In this document: piece after piece, positions 37,536 through 47,813 of the stretch
Layout of the letters: every line of letters begins with the position of its first letter
How positions within the stretch are numbered: the stretch's first letter is position 1
Origin: an uncultured Acidimicrobiia bacterium
GTDB lineage: Bacteria; Actinomycetota; Acidimicrobiia; Spongiisociales; UBA11373
Direction: 5' to 3'
NCBI GenBank assembly: GCA_964614095.1
Contig: CAZTJO010000005.1
Span: 19,731 to 83,730, forward strand
DNA length: 64,000 bases
Position numbers and translations under genes: made by a program
The notes under the pieces: model-generated
The model's input: only the letters and a program-made list of their open reading frames with translations
What the model was told of the DNA's origin: nothing
Database searches by the model: none

Positions 37536-38528
37536 GTGCCGGCTAACTCCACCACCGTGGAGGCAGCGGGCCGCCTGGTTCGCCTCACCAGCCCCGACAA
37601 GCTGCTGTTTCCCGATCAAGGCTGGACCAAACTCCAGGTGGTCGGCCATTATCTGGCCTGCGCCCCCGGAGCGGTCCGCGCCGTCAAAAGGCGCCCGTGC
37701 AGCCTGAAACGGTGGCCCGACGGCGTCGGCGCCGAGCCCTTCTTCACCAAACGAGCCCCTTCCACCATACGAACCACCGTCGACGTGCGATTTCCCTCAG
37801 CGCGCTCCGGCCGTATGGCCACGGTCGACGACGCCTCGGACATCGTCGAGCAGGTGCAGCTCGGCTGCATCGACCTGAATCCCTGGGCCAGCAGAGCAGA
37901 ACGGCTCGACCACCCCGACGAGTTGCGTCTGGACCTCGACCCCACAGAGGGCTTCAATCTCGACGATTGCAGACAGGTCGCCGCAGTCTGCAGATCGGTG
38001 CTCGGCGAGCACGGTCTGCGCGGATGGCCCAAGACGTCCGGATCCCGCGGCATTCACATCTGCGTGCGAATCCGGCCCGAGTGGACCTTTTTGCTGGTCC
38101 GGCGGGCCGTGCTCGCCCTCGCTCGTGAGGTAGAGCGCCGTCTGCCCGGCCTCGCCACCACAGCCTGGTGGAAGGAGGAGCGCCGCGGCGTATTCATCGA
38201 CTACAACCAGAACGCTCCCGACAAAACTGTGGCCAGTGCCTACAGCCTGCGCCACACCGGCCTCGTCTCCACACCCTTCGACTGGGATGAGCTCGACACC
38301 ATCGATCCCGCCGAGATGACACTCGAAGGGTTCCGAATCCGCTGGGACCAGGTGGGTGATCTCACCAATGGCATCGACGAGGCAGAGGGCGATCTCTCCG
38401 GCCTCCTGGAAATGGTGCGCGCCGACGAACGGCATGGCCTGGGCGACGCACCCTGGCCTCCGCACTATCCGAAGCAGCCCGATGAGCCGCCCCGTGTCAC
38501 GCCGTCCAAACGCCGCAGCCCGGACTAG
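37536..38528 (+). CDS. LigD-type primase-polymerase domain protein (Prim-PolC-like)
   Basis: LTSPDK..FP, LKRWPDG....FFTK, LRLDLDP, KTSGSRG.H, VFIDYNQN...T.A.AYSLR. Confidence 0.92.
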   Translation: MPANSTTVEAAGRLVRLTSPDKLLFPDQGWTKLQVVGHYLACAPGAVRAVKRRPCSLKRWPDGVGAEPFFTKRAPSTIRTTVDVRFPSARSGRMATVDDASDIVEQVQLGCIDLNPWASRAERLDHPDELRLDLDPTEGFNLDDCRQVAAVCRSVLGEHGLRGWPKTSGSRGIHICVRIRPEWTFLLVRRAVLALAREVERRLPGLATTAWWKEERRGVFIDYNQNAPDKTVASAYSLRHTGLVSTPFDWDELDTIDPAEMTLEGFRIRWDQVGDLTNGIDEAEGDLSGLLEMVRADERHGLGDAPWPPHYPKQPDEPPRVTPSKRRSPD

Positions 38529-39871
38529 GCGGTCGGGTCGAGCACCCGCCCCAGAAAGAGCACGGTCCCGGTTTCGCGGTCGTACAGCGAGAACAGGAAA
38601 GGCCGGTCGATCTGCAAGTCGACACCCTCCAGCGGCGCAGCCGCTAAATCCATGATGACGGCGGTGGCTGCCGCCGCTTCCGTGCCCGCCTCGTCGACCG
38701 AGATGAATGCCTCATGCACCACCGCCGAGATGAAAAGACGGTCCTCGATTGTCATGCCGGAAAAATCGGCAGCCCCAGAGTCCAGCGCCAGCGGCATTCC
38801 CAGCTCCCGCAGCATGTCGGCCATGCTCGCCCTGGTGCTGAACTCGAACTTGGGAAGCCCCAGATCCACTCCTGTTGGAGCAAGGCCGGAGACGACCTCA
38901 TCGAAGAGCCCGCCCTCAACCAGCGCCTCCACCTCCGCAAAACGTCCGGCATCCGGCACCAGGAACACCATGGCCAGCTCTTCCCCTACGTAGGGCAGCT
39001 CCACCGCCTGCCAGCCGTCGCCTTCGGTATAGGGGAGCCATGCCTCACCGTCGTGTATCACCGTGGCGTTCACCTGAGTGCCGTCAAGCAGGGTGAACGG
39101 AGCGTCCCAGGTGTCGTTGGGATCAAACGTCGACTCCCAGCTGGCATCCAGATAGACGGCATTGGTGATCACCAGCCGGGTCAGGGGGGAAAGCAGGCCT
39201 CCCGGAATGAGTTCGGTGATGCGGTCGTTGGTCTCGTCCGCCACCCAGGCGTTGATGGTCTGCCTGGCCTGCTCGGCGGCGCCGACATAGTCGACGATGC
39301 GCATCCCGGCGTCGTAGTCCTCAGCGAGGAGATCCAAGAACGCCGGCTCAAAACCAAAACCCTCCTGGCCCCAGAGAGTGTTGGCGACGGACAGCTCAAC
39401 CTTGCGTTCTTCCCCGTCGGGGCCGGGCTCCTCCCGCCGATTGCGCGATGCCAGGAGCTGATCGAGGCTGTTGAAGGCGGCATGGAGAGATTCATCATCG
39501 AGATCAAAGTGGAACACAGCGGCCATCTCTTCGGCCGTCTCCCCGCGAGCGCCGGCGTACGCCATGGCCAATGCCAGCCGCACGCTCACCGGCGAGAAGA
39601 CGACGTTGCCGTCTTCGTGGCCCACCAGCCACGAGTAGGCGTCGACGGCAAAGGCCCGGTTGCCCGCGGCCAGCGCGGCAACATCTGCAGCAGGTGCATC
39701 GGCGGCGTGTCGCTCCGCGTCGGAGGCTATGTAGCCAATGCCTTCGGTCGATACCGCGTCGGTTGTGCTGGTCGCCTCCGATGTGGTCGACCCGGCGGAA
39801 CCGCCGTCTGAACAGGCGACCACCACCACGGTCAGTCCCACCAGAACAATGAGCAGAGATCTGGCGCGCAT
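38525..39871 (-). CDS. Serpin family lipoprotein
   Basis: GGAGGAG RBS, lipobox VVAC, NVVFSP.S...ALAM...GA.G.T, LVITNAVY, hinge VDEAGTEAAAATA, DRPFLF...LFLGRV. Confidence 0.92.
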   Translation of the reverse strand: MRARSLLIVLVGLTVVVVACSDGGSAGSTTSEATSTTDAVSTEGIGYIASDAERHAADAPAADVAALAAGNRAFAVDAYSWLVGHEDGNVVFSPVSVRLALAMAYAGARGETAEEMAAVFHFDLDDESLHAAFNSLDQLLASRNRREEPGPDGEERKVELSVANTLWGQEGFGFEPAFLDLLAEDYDAGMRIVDYVGAAEQARQTINAWVADETNDRITELIPGGLLSPLTRLVITNAVYLDASWESTFDPNDTWDAPFTLLDGTQVNATVIHDGEAWLPYTEGDGWQAVELPYVGEELAMVFLVPDAGRFAEVEALVEGGLFDEVVSGLAPTGVDLGLPKFEFSTRASMADMLRELGMPLALDSGAADFSGMTIEDRLFISAVVHEAFISVDEAGTEAAAATAVIMDLAAAPLEGVDLQIDRPFLFSLYDRETGTVLFLGRVLDPTA

Positions 39872-39923
39872 ACGTCTCCTCCAGTTCATCCTAAGACGCC
39901 CAGCCATGCCGACCCGGTTCCCA

Positions 39924-40946
39924 TCATCTCTGCACCACCGCCGAGAATCCCGCTCCGCCGGCGTGCCACAGCTGATCCGTAGTGCAGGCGGCCGGGTCCT
40001 TGTCCCGTCTCCAGCGCTCGAACCGAGTGCCATGGCGGAAGCGGCCCGCAGTCACCTGGTCGTAGGAGACCTGGACCACAAGCTGCGGCTCCACCGCCGT
40101 CCAGGAAGGGTCGCCGCCGCTCCACCGGCTCTCCATCCCCGGACGGCGTGCCGCCGGGCCAAACGGGTCCGCTCCCTCCACCTCCTGCAGTGTTCCCAGC
40201 AGCGTCCGGCGCTCTTCGTCGCCAAACCCAGAGCAATGCCCGACGTAGTGGAGCTGCCCTTGGGGGTCGTAAAGCCCCAGGAGAATTGAGCCCACACGAT
40301 CCCCCTCCTTGTGCAGCCGGTAGCCCGCCACGACGCAGTCGACGTCGTGACGACGCTTCACCTTCACCATCTCCCTCGTTCCCTCCCGGTAAGCGGCATC
40401 GATCCGTTTGGCCACGATGCCGTCGCAGCCGGCGGTCTCGAACGTCCTGAACCAGTTCAGTGCAGTGTCACGCTCAGCCGTCGAAGGCGTCAGATGCCAC
40501 GGCTCCGCCAGAGCGCCGAGGAGCCCGACAAGCTCGGCGCGGCGATGGTGAAACGGTGCCGGCCGAAGATCTTCACCGCGCAGGGCCAGCAGATCGAAGG
40601 CGACCAGCCGAGCCGGGATCTGCCGTGACAGCGCCTCGATGCGGCTGCCGGCAGGGTGGATCCTCGTCTGCAAGGCCGCAAAATCCAGCCGATCGCCCAC
40701 CACAACAACAACCTCCCCATCGACAACCGTGCCTTGGGGCAGGCAACGCAGCGATTCCGCCAACTCGGGGAAGTACCGAAGGAGCGGCTTGCAGTTGCGA
40801 CTGTCGAGGCGGACTTCGTCGCTCCAGGCGACGGCACGGAATCCGTCCCATTTCGGTTCGAACCACCATCCGTCATCGACCGGAAGCGTCTCCCGAACTC
40901 GCGCCTCCATCGGAGTCACCGGTGGGTCAAAGGGCCAGAGCGCCAT
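39924..40946 (-). CDS. ligC: ATP-dependent DNA ligase (LigC-like)
   Basis: EPKWDGFR (adenylated Lys), DGEVVV, FDLLA, DGIVAKR....Y..G.R.M.KVK, RFRHG..F.RWR.DK. Confidence 0.9.
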   Translation of the reverse strand: MALWPFDPPVTPMEARVRETLPVDDGWWFEPKWDGFRAVAWSDEVRLDSRNCKPLLRYFPELAESLRCLPQGTVVDGEVVVVVGDRLDFAALQTRIHPAGSRIEALSRQIPARLVAFDLLALRGEDLRPAPFHHRRAELVGLLGALAEPWHLTPSTAERDTALNWFRTFETAGCDGIVAKRIDAAYREGTREMVKVKRRHDVDCVVAGYRLHKEGDRVGSILLGLYDPQGQLHYVGHCSGFGDEERRTLLGTLQEVEGADPFGPAARRPGMESRWSGGDPSWTAVEPQLVVQVSYDQVTAGRFRHGTRFERWRRDKDPAACTTDQLWHAGGAGFSAVVQR

Positions 40947-41095
40947 GGGCCGAGGTTAGGTGTATCCGCTCGGGCTAATCCGTACCTGGCTCGATACCGG
41001 TCGTGCCCGCACTGCATTCCCCCCGCCGCATTACCCTGGCCGCTCGTCATGTTTCCACCCCCAGCCTCAAGCCTCAAAACTCCAAAAGACCCACG

Positions 41096-41869
41096 ATGAT
41101 CGGCATCTTCGACTCCGGTGTGGGTGGACTCTCCGTGTTCAGTGATATCCGCCACCTCCTCCCTGAAGCCGATCTCGTCTACCTGGCCGATCAAGCCGCC
41201 GCTCCCTACGGCGAACGTTCACTCGATGAGGTGCGCCGGATCGCCGCCGAAGTCACTGCACACCTGGTCTTTCTCGGCGCAACCCAGGTGGTCATCGCCT
41301 GCAACACCGCGTCGGCAGCCGCCCTCGACCACCTTCGGCAGCGGCACCCGGAGCTGACGATTGTGGGCATGGAGCCGGCGGTGAAGCCGGCCGCATCGGT
41401 GACCAGCTCCGGCGTGGTTGGAGTACTCGCCACACCGGCCACCTTCCAGGCCACCGTCTTCGACAGCCTCGTCGATCGATTCGCCGCCGGCGTCACCGTC
41501 ATCCCCAGACCCTGTCCCGGCCTGGCCCAGCTGGTGGAAGACGGCGACCTCGAGACGGCACGGCAGGAAGCCGCCGGCCATGTGGGCGCTCTCGTCGCCT
41601 TCGGCGCCGATACCGTCGTGCTCGGCTGCACCCACTACACCTTTCTGGCCGCCGACATTGGCGCCGCCTTTCCCGATGTCACCGTGATCGACCCGGCACC
41701 CGCCGTCGCCCGCCAGGCTGCCCGAGTCAGCCCATCGCCGATCGGAGCAGCAGCCACCACCTACCTGGCCACAGGCGATCCCGACGTCTTCTCTGCCAAG
41801 GCGAGCCCTCTGCTCGGCATCCCCATCCGGACCGAAGGCATTCGCCTCGCCGATAGGCCGACCTCGTGA
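41096..41869 (+). CDS. murI: Glutamate racemase
   Basis: IGIFDSGVGGLSV, PYG.R, VIACNTAS, VLGCTHY. Confidence 0.96.
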   Translation: MIGIFDSGVGGLSVFSDIRHLLPEADLVYLADQAAAPYGERSLDEVRRIAAEVTAHLVFLGATQVVIACNTASAAALDHLRQRHPELTIVGMEPAVKPAASVTSSGVVGVLATPATFQATVFDSLVDRFAAGVTVIPRPCPGLAQLVEDGDLETARQEAAGHVGALVAFGADTVVLGCTHYTFLAADIGAAFPDVTVIDPAPAVARQAARVSPSPIGAAATTYLATGDPDVFSAKASPLLGIPIRTEGIRLADRPTS

Positions 41870-41929
41870 GTGCCGGGTCCCGGGCGCATGAGCCCTGGCT
41901 CGACGGCAGGTTCCAGAAGAACACCGGGA

Positions 41930-41959
41930 ATTGATAAGACCCGACTCAAGTTATAAACT
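41930..41959 (+). promoter_or_regulatory. HAIR (HspR operator) overlapping a sigma70-type promoter of dnaK
   Basis: ATTGATA-N7-ACTCAAG versus consensus CTTGAGT-N7-ACTCAAG; -35 TTGATA (41931) N17 -10 TAAACT (41954). Confidence 0.8.
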
Positions 41960-42021
41960 GTGAACACGCTAAGGAAGTACACAAACCTGCCGCGCCAGCG
42001 CGGTGAACATCAAGGAGACCC

Positions 42022-43848
42022 ATGTCCCGAGCAATAGGCATCGACCTGGGCACGACAAACAGCGTCGCCGCCGTCTACGAAGGTGGCGAGCCGACGATCA
42101 TCACCAACGCCGAAGGCAACCGCACCACTCCGTCGGTTGTGGCCTTCTCCAAGACCGGAGAGGTACTTGTCGGAGAAGTGGCCAAGCGCCAGGCAATCAC
42201 CAATCCCGGCCGCACCGTGCGCTCGGTCAAGCGCCACATGGGGACCGATTGGTCAGTCACGATCGACGACAGGGATTACACATCTCAGGAGATCAGCGCC
42301 CGCATCCTCATGAAGCTGAAGCGGGACGCCGAGGCATATCTCGGCACCGAGGTGACCCAAGCCGTCATCACGGTGCCCGCCTACTTCGGCGACGCCCAAC
42401 GCCAGGCGACAAAAGAGGCCGGGGAGATCGCCGGCCTCGAGGTCCTCCGCATCATCAACGAGCCCACGGCCGCCTCGCTGGCCTACGGCCTCGACAAGGG
42501 CGGCCAAGACCAGACCATCCTCGTTTTCGACCTCGGCGGCGGCACCTTCGATGTTTCCGTGCTGGAGATCGGTGAAGGTGTCTTTGAGGTCAAGTCCACC
42601 AGCGGCAACACCCAGCTCGGCGGTGACGACTGGGACGAACGCATCATCGAATGGCTCGTCAAGGAGTTCAAGAACGAGCACGGCGTGGATCTTTCCGCCG
42701 ATCCCATGGCGGAGCAGCGCCTCAAAGACGCTGCCGAGAAGGCCAAAATCGAACTGTCCACGGTGACCGATACCGAGATCAATCTGCCCTTTGTCACCGC
42801 GACCTCCGAAGGGCCGCTCCATCTCCTCAAGACGCTGACCCGGTCCGAGTTCATGAAGATGACCGAGGACCTGGTGCAGAAGACGGTGGCCCCGTTCCAC
42901 CAGGCGATCAAGGACGCCAAAATCGACATCTCCGAAATCGATCACGTGATCCTCGTGGGCGGTTCCACCCGTATGCCCGCCGTCCAGGAACTTGTGAAGG
43001 AGATGACGGGCAAAGACGCGCACAAGGGTGTCAACCCCGACGAGGTTGTGGCTGCGGGCGCCGCCCTTCAAGCCGGCGTGCTCAAGGGACAGGTGAAGGA
43101 CATCCTTCTGCTCGATGTCACCCCGCTCACCCTCGGGATCGAGACCATGGGCGGCGTCTTCACCAAGATGATCGAGCGCAACACGACCATCCCCACACGC
43201 CGCTCCGAGATCTTCACCACGGCGGCGGACGGCCAGCCCGAGGTCGAGGTCCATGTGCTGCAGGGCGAGCGCGGCATGGCGTCCGACAACAAGTCCCTGG
43301 GCCGCTTCAATCTCACCGACATCCCTCCGGCTCCGCGCGGTGTCCCCCAGATCGAAGTCACATTCGACATAGACGCCAACGGCATTGTCTCGGTCTCGGC
43401 CAAAGACCTGGGCACCGGCAAAGAGCAGCAGATCACCATCACCGGTGGCACCGCCCTGCCCCGAGATGACATCGATCGCATGATCCAGGACGCCGAGACA
43501 CACGCAAACGAAGACCAAACCCGGCGCGAGACCGCCGAAGCCCGCAACCAGGCCGACCATGTCGTCTATCAGACCGAGAAGATGCTCGGCGAGTATGGAG
43601 ATAAGGTCGGCGCCGATGAGAAGACACAAATCGAGGCGAAGATCGAAGAGTTGCGCACGGTGCTCAAGGACACGAGCGCCTCGGCCTCCAGCCTGCGAAG
43701 TGCCACCGACGGCCTCCTCACCGCCTCCCAGGTGCTCGGCCAGCGCATCTATGAAGCGGCACAGACCGATGCTGCCGGCTCCAGCGAGAGTGACGGCGGC
43801 GACGACGTCGTCGAAGCCGAGATTGTTGAGGAGGGTGACAACTCGTGA
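42022..43848 (+). CDS. dnaK: Chaperone DnaK
   Basis: [64 protein letters not shown]. Confidence 0.99.
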   Translation: MSRAIGIDLGTTNSVAAVYEGGEPTIITNAEGNRTTPSVVAFSKTGEVLVGEVAKRQAITNPGRTVRSVKRHMGTDWSVTIDDRDYTSQEISARILMKLKRDAEAYLGTEVTQAVITVPAYFGDAQRQATKEAGEIAGLEVLRIINEPTAASLAYGLDKGGQDQTILVFDLGGGTFDVSVLEIGEGVFEVKSTSGNTQLGGDDWDERIIEWLVKEFKNEHGVDLSADPMAEQRLKDAAEKAKIELSTVTDTEINLPFVTATSEGPLHLLKTLTRSEFMKMTEDLVQKTVAPFHQAIKDAKIDISEIDHVILVGGSTRMPAVQELVKEMTGKDAHKGVNPDEVVAAGAALQAGVLKGQVKDILLLDVTPLTLGIETMGGVFTKMIERNTTIPTRRSEIFTTAADGQPEVEVHVLQGERGMASDNKSLGRFNLTDIPPAPRGVPQIEVTFDIDANGIVSVSAKDLGTGKEQQITITGGTALPRDDIDRMIQDAETHANEDQTRRETAEARNQADHVVYQTEKMLGEYGDKVGADEKTQIEAKIEELRTVLKDTSASASSLRSATDGLLTASQVLGQRIYEAAQTDAAGSSESDGGDDVVEAEIVEEGDNS

Positions 43849-44441
43849 GCATCGACGACCCCGGCACCGACGAAACGACTGAAGGCGTCCTCGAGCCCAT
43901 CGACTCCGGTTCGCCGGGAATCGATCTGCCCGACGACCTCGAAGAAGCCGTCGTCCTGCTTCTCGACGCTCTCGGCACCGCCCAAAAATCCGCCAATGAC
44001 TACCTCGACGACCTGCAGCGGCTGGCCGCCGAGTACGAGAACTACCGCAAACGAATGGAGCGCGAACGCGACGAGATCACGGCGCGCTCCTCGCAGCGGC
44101 TCATCGAGGCCCTGTTGCCGGTCCTCGATTCCTTTGACCATGCCTTCTCCAGAGAAGCCCAGAACGAGCGCGAGACGCAGATCCTCACCGGAGTCCGCGG
44201 CACGTATCACCTCCTCATGGACACCCTTTCCAAGGAAGGGCTGGAGCACATCGCCGCCCTCGGCGAGCCGTTCGACCCCACCGTCCATGAGGCGGTCGCC
44301 GGCGGTGGAGACGGTGACCTTGTCGTCGCAGAGGAACTCCGCTCCGGCTACACCCTGAATGGGCGAGTCCTGCGGGCCGCAATGGTGATGGTGGCGTCAC
44401 CGCCGGACTCCGCTCCCCCTGAAGGCGACGAGCAGACGTGA
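43845..44441 (+). CDS. grpE: Nucleotide exchange factor GrpE
   Basis: [39 protein letters not shown]; overlaps the dnaK stop. Confidence 0.97.
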   Translation: MSIDDPGTDETTEGVLEPIDSGSPGIDLPDDLEEAVVLLLDALGTAQKSANDYLDDLQRLAAEYENYRKRMERERDEITARSSQRLIEALLPVLDSFDHAFSREAQNERETQILTGVRGTYHLLMDTLSKEGLEHIAALGEPFDPTVHEAVAGGGDGDLVVAEELRSGYTLNGRVLRAAMVMVASPPDSAPPEGDEQT

Positions 44442-45349
44442 AGCGGGAATGGCTCGAGAAGGACTACTACGAGGCACTCGGGGTGGATCGCGGCGCCTCG
44501 GACCGTGACATCACCCACGCCTACCGCCGCCTCGCCAAGGAGTACCACCCCGATAACAACCCCGGAAACGACAACGCCGAGGAACGATTCAAGGAGATCT
44601 CCGAGGCATACGCAGTCCTGTCGAGCGAACGCGATCAGTACGACCAGACTCGTGAGATGTTCGCCAAGGGCACCTTTGTGGGTGATCCCGGCGGAGGCGC
44701 CCAGTACGTGCGCATCGACGACCTCGGCAATCTGGGTGACCTCTTTGGAGGGGGGCTCTTTGGAGGCCTCGGCGACCTGTTCGGCTCCCGTGGCGCCGGC
44801 CCCACCCAGCAGCGCGGCCGCGACCTGGAGACCGACATCAGCTTGACCTTCCACGAGGCCGTCCAGGGAACAACTCGAACTATCGACACACAACGCGGTG
44901 GCCGCAAGACCACGGTGAAGGTCCCGCCCGGCGTCGGCGACGGGGCGCGCATTCGTTTGCGCGGCAAAGGGGCGCCGGGACCCGCCGGAGGTCCTGCCGG
45001 CGATCTCTACGTCCGGGTCCACGTGGGTACCCATCCCGTGTTCCAGCGCTCCGGCAGAGACTTGAAGGTCACCGTTCCCGTCTCCTATGCCGAGGCCGCA
45101 CTCGGCGCCGACATTTCGGTGCCGACGCTCGACGGAAAGGTGACCGTGCGAGTACCCCCCGGCACCGCTTCGGGCCGCACCTTGCGGGTATCGGGGCGGG
45201 GAATCGAGACCTCAAAGGGCCGCGGCGATCTTCTGGTCACCATCTCCATAGTCGTTCCCGACGAGCTTTCGCCCGAAGCCCACGCTCTCGTCGAGCAGCT
45301 GCGCCACCTCGAAAGTGACAAGAACCCGCGAGCACACCTGGGGGTGTAG
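44438..45349 (+). CDS. dnaJ: J-domain chaperone (class B, no zinc finger)
   Basis: DYY..LGV, HPD motif, G/F region, C-terminal GDLYV and TLDG domains; the protein has no Cys. Confidence 0.93.
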   Translation: MKREWLEKDYYEALGVDRGASDRDITHAYRRLAKEYHPDNNPGNDNAEERFKEISEAYAVLSSERDQYDQTREMFAKGTFVGDPGGGAQYVRIDDLGNLGDLFGGGLFGGLGDLFGSRGAGPTQQRGRDLETDISLTFHEAVQGTTRTIDTQRGGRKTTVKVPPGVGDGARIRLRGKGAPGPAGGPAGDLYVRVHVGTHPVFQRSGRDLKVTVPVSYAEAALGADISVPTLDGKVTVRVPPGTASGRTLRVSGRGIETSKGRGDLLVTISIVVPDELSPEAHALVEQLRHLESDKNPRAHLGV

Positions 45350-45352
45350 GCC

Positions 45353-45754
45353 ATGCCAAAAGAGTCCAGCGATGCCGTCTACATCATCTCGGTGGCCGCC
45401 GAGCTCGCCGGCGTACACCCGCAGACGCTCCGCATCTATGAGCGGCGCGGCCTGATCAGGCCCTTCCGCACCCCGGGCGGGACCCGCCGCTACTCGGAGG
45501 AGGATCTCGAGCGGCTCGGGATGATTCAGGAACTCACCGCCGATGGGGTCAACATCGAAGGCGTGAAATTGATACTCGAGATGCGCGAAGAGATCACCCG
45601 CCTCCAGAGGCAGGTATCACGCCTGCGCCGCCTGCTCGGCGAATCGCAGCAGCACCATCGCACCAGTTCCACTCCTCGGGTCGCCTACGGGCGGATCCGC
45701 CGCAACCTGCCCGACCTGCCGAGGCCTCGCCTCGACGATCTTCTCGAGGAATAG
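45353..45754 (+). CDS. hspR: Heat shock repressor HspR (MerR family)
   Basis: VY.ISVAAELAG.HPQTLR.YER.GL..P.RT.GG.RRYS; last gene of the dnaK operon. Confidence 0.95.
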   Translation: MPKESSDAVYIISVAAELAGVHPQTLRIYERRGLIRPFRTPGGTRRYSEEDLERLGMIQELTADGVNIEGVKLILEMREEITRLQRQVSRLRRLLGESQQHHRTSSTPRVAYGRIRRNLPDLPRPRLDDLLEE

Positions 45755-45813
45755 CCTGTCGCGGCGGTGAAGGCTTGGACTCCAAATCTGCCGGCACAAC
45801 CCCGGCAGGCGCC

Positions 45814-46182
45814 TCAGCGTCGCAATGAGTCCCGGATCTGGCGCAGCAGCGACGTGTCCTCGTCCTCGTCGTCATCCCGGTCCGGTTTGTCCCACAGATT
45901 GAACGGCTTCACCACGCCGAAATAGACCACCACGGCAATGCCGGTCAACGTCACCAACTGCGAGACCACGCTCCCATACCAGATGTGCGCGTCACTGATG
46001 GTGAAGCTGAGATTGTTGAAGTCGCTCTGGGAAAACATCGCCGCCACCAACGGCATGATGAGGCCGTCGACCAGCGAATCCACCACCGGCCATAAGAACA
46101 AGGCCAGCAACAGGCCTACGGCAAACTCGACCAGATTGCCCCTGGCGATGAAGTCTTTGATGTCCTTGATGAATCCCGGCAT
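45814..46182 (-). CDS. mscL: Large-conductance mechanosensitive channel
   Basis: KDF..RGNLVE.AVG, V.SLVDG.IMP, YG......, LL.QIRD.L; AGGAG RBS before ATG 46182. Confidence 0.9.
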   Translation of the reverse strand: MPGFIKDIKDFIARGNLVEFAVGLLLALFLWPVVDSLVDGLIMPLVAAMFSQSDFNNLSFTISDAHIWYGSVVSQLVTLTGIAVVVYFGVVKPFNLWDKPDRDDDEDEDTSLLRQIRDSLRR

Positions 46183-46231
46183 ATCGGTGCTCCTGTCATC
46201 TCGTGCCGCGGGGAAGCCTACAGGGGGATGG

Positions 46232-46303
46232 CAGAACGCAGAGTTCAGAATCCAGGATTCAGATCGTGCCGGACCGATTCTGAACTCTGAGACCTGAACT
46301 CTC
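46232..46303. repeat. Inverted arrays of CAG-heptamer repeats
   Basis: CAGAACG CAGAGTT CAGAATC CAGGATT CAGATCG followed by GATTCTG AACTCTG AGACCTG AACTCTC; perfect 14-bp inverted repeat at 46239-46252 / 46276-46289. Confidence 0.8.
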
Positions 46304-46346
46304 ATTACCTCTCAGCCCGACCCCCACCCCGGCCGATGTCTGGGAC

Positions 46347-47810
46347 GTGGATACCACTGCGGACCTGCGCGTCCTGGTCCGGTCCCAGTACCCGTTGCTG
46401 GTCGTCGAGGCCGATGACGAGCAGCGGTTCCTCAATCTGCTCTGCCGTATCGCCGAGCGCGAGGACTTCCCGGTCTGGACCTGGTCGGCAGCGCGCGGCT
46501 TGGCTCGCCGCGGCATGCCGGCGCAATATCGCACCGCCGATCCCAGGCGCGCCCTTGCTTTCGTCTCGGATCTCACCGCCCCCGGCATCTTTGTGTTCCT
46601 CGACATCACCCACCATCTCTCCGACCCCATTGTGCTGCGCGCCGTCAAGGACACCGCCCAGCGGGCCCAGCCAGGCCAAACCATTGTTCTGACGGCTTCG
46701 AGTCTCGTTGTTCCCGCCGAGTTGAAGGGCATAGCCGTGCCCTGGACTCTGAGGCCCCCCGGTGAAGACGAACTCAACAACCTCGTCCAGCGCACCCTGG
46801 CCGACCTCTCGGCACGCGGGTTCAACGTCGAGGCCGGCACCGCAGACGATCTGGTCGAAGCCCTGCACGGGCTCACCCTCCCCGATGCCGAACACATCCT
46901 GCAGCGTGCGGTTCTTCGTGATGGAGGTCTCACCGCCTCCGACGTACCTTGGGTTCGGGCCGCCAAGGTCGAGCTTCTCAACACCGACGGTGTACTCGAG
47001 CTAGTCGAGAGTGAGACCGGAACGCTGGACCAAGTGGGTGGACTCGATGGTCTGAAAGAATGGCTGGACGTGCGCGGACGCGCCATCGGCTCGAGCCGAG
47101 CCCGCACCATGGGCATAGACCCACCGCGCGGCATGCTGCTCACCGGTGTGCCCGGCTGCGGCAAGTCCCTCGTCGCCAAAACACTCGCTGCCACCTGGGG
47201 CCGGCCCCTGCTGCTGCTCGACCCGGCCCGTGTCTACCGCAAATACGTTGGTGAGTCGGAGCAGCGCCTCGAATCCGCTCTGCGCACTGCCGATGCACTG
47301 GCTCCCGCCGTCCTCTGGATCGATGAGATCGAGAAGGGTTTTGCCACGGGTGGCGACGCCGACGGCGGCGTCAGCTCTCGCCTCCTGGGCAGCTTTCTCC
47401 GCTGGATGCAGGACAGGCCCGACGGCCTGTTCATTGTGGCCACCGCCAACGACGTAGCCGCCCTGCCTCCCGAGTTTCTGCGCAAGGGCCGCTTCGACGA
47501 GATCTTTTTTGTCGATCTCCCCGGCCCCGAGGCGCGGCGATCGATACTCGAGATCCAGCTGGCCGGGCGCGGCCATGAGCCCTCCAATTTCGATCTCGAC
47601 AAGCTGGCCGAGGCCACCGACGGCTTCTCGGGAGCCGAAATCGAATCGGTGGTCGTCGGTGCCTTGTACCGGGCCTTCGCCACCGGCATCAACCTGAGCA
47701 CCGATGAGCTTGCTGCCGAGGCCGGATCGATCGTGCCGCTGTCGGTGGCCCGGGCCGAGGATGTACAGCGTCTGCGTGCTTGGGCCGATACCCGGGCCGT
47801 GCGCGCCTGA
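46347..47810 (+). CDS. Ycf46-like AAA+ ATPase
   Basis: R..YPLL.V...DE.R N-terminus; VGGLD.LK.W; Walker A GVPGCGKS; Walker B LWIDEIEK; ATAND; RKGRFDEIFFVDLP. Confidence 0.88.
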   Translation: MDTTADLRVLVRSQYPLLVVEADDEQRFLNLLCRIAEREDFPVWTWSAARGLARRGMPAQYRTADPRRALAFVSDLTAPGIFVFLDITHHLSDPIVLRAVKDTAQRAQPGQTIVLTASSLVVPAELKGIAVPWTLRPPGEDELNNLVQRTLADLSARGFNVEAGTADDLVEALHGLTLPDAEHILQRAVLRDGGLTASDVPWVRAAKVELLNTDGVLELVESETGTLDQVGGLDGLKEWLDVRGRAIGSSRARTMGIDPPRGMLLTGVPGCGKSLVAKTLAATWGRPLLLLDPARVYRKYVGESEQRLESALRTADALAPAVLWIDEIEKGFATGGDADGGVSSRLLGSFLRWMQDRPDGLFIVATANDVAALPPEFLRKGRFDEIFFVDLPGPEARRSILEIQLAGRGHEPSNFDLDKLAEATDGFSGAEIESVVVGALYRAFATGINLSTDELAAEAGSIVPLSVARAEDVQRLRAWADTRAVRA

Positions 47811-47813
47811 TCC

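Noticed and set aside
37536-40946. Complete NHEJ system
   Set aside because: No Ku and no LigD phosphoesterase domain; the pair fits LigC/Prim-PolC better.
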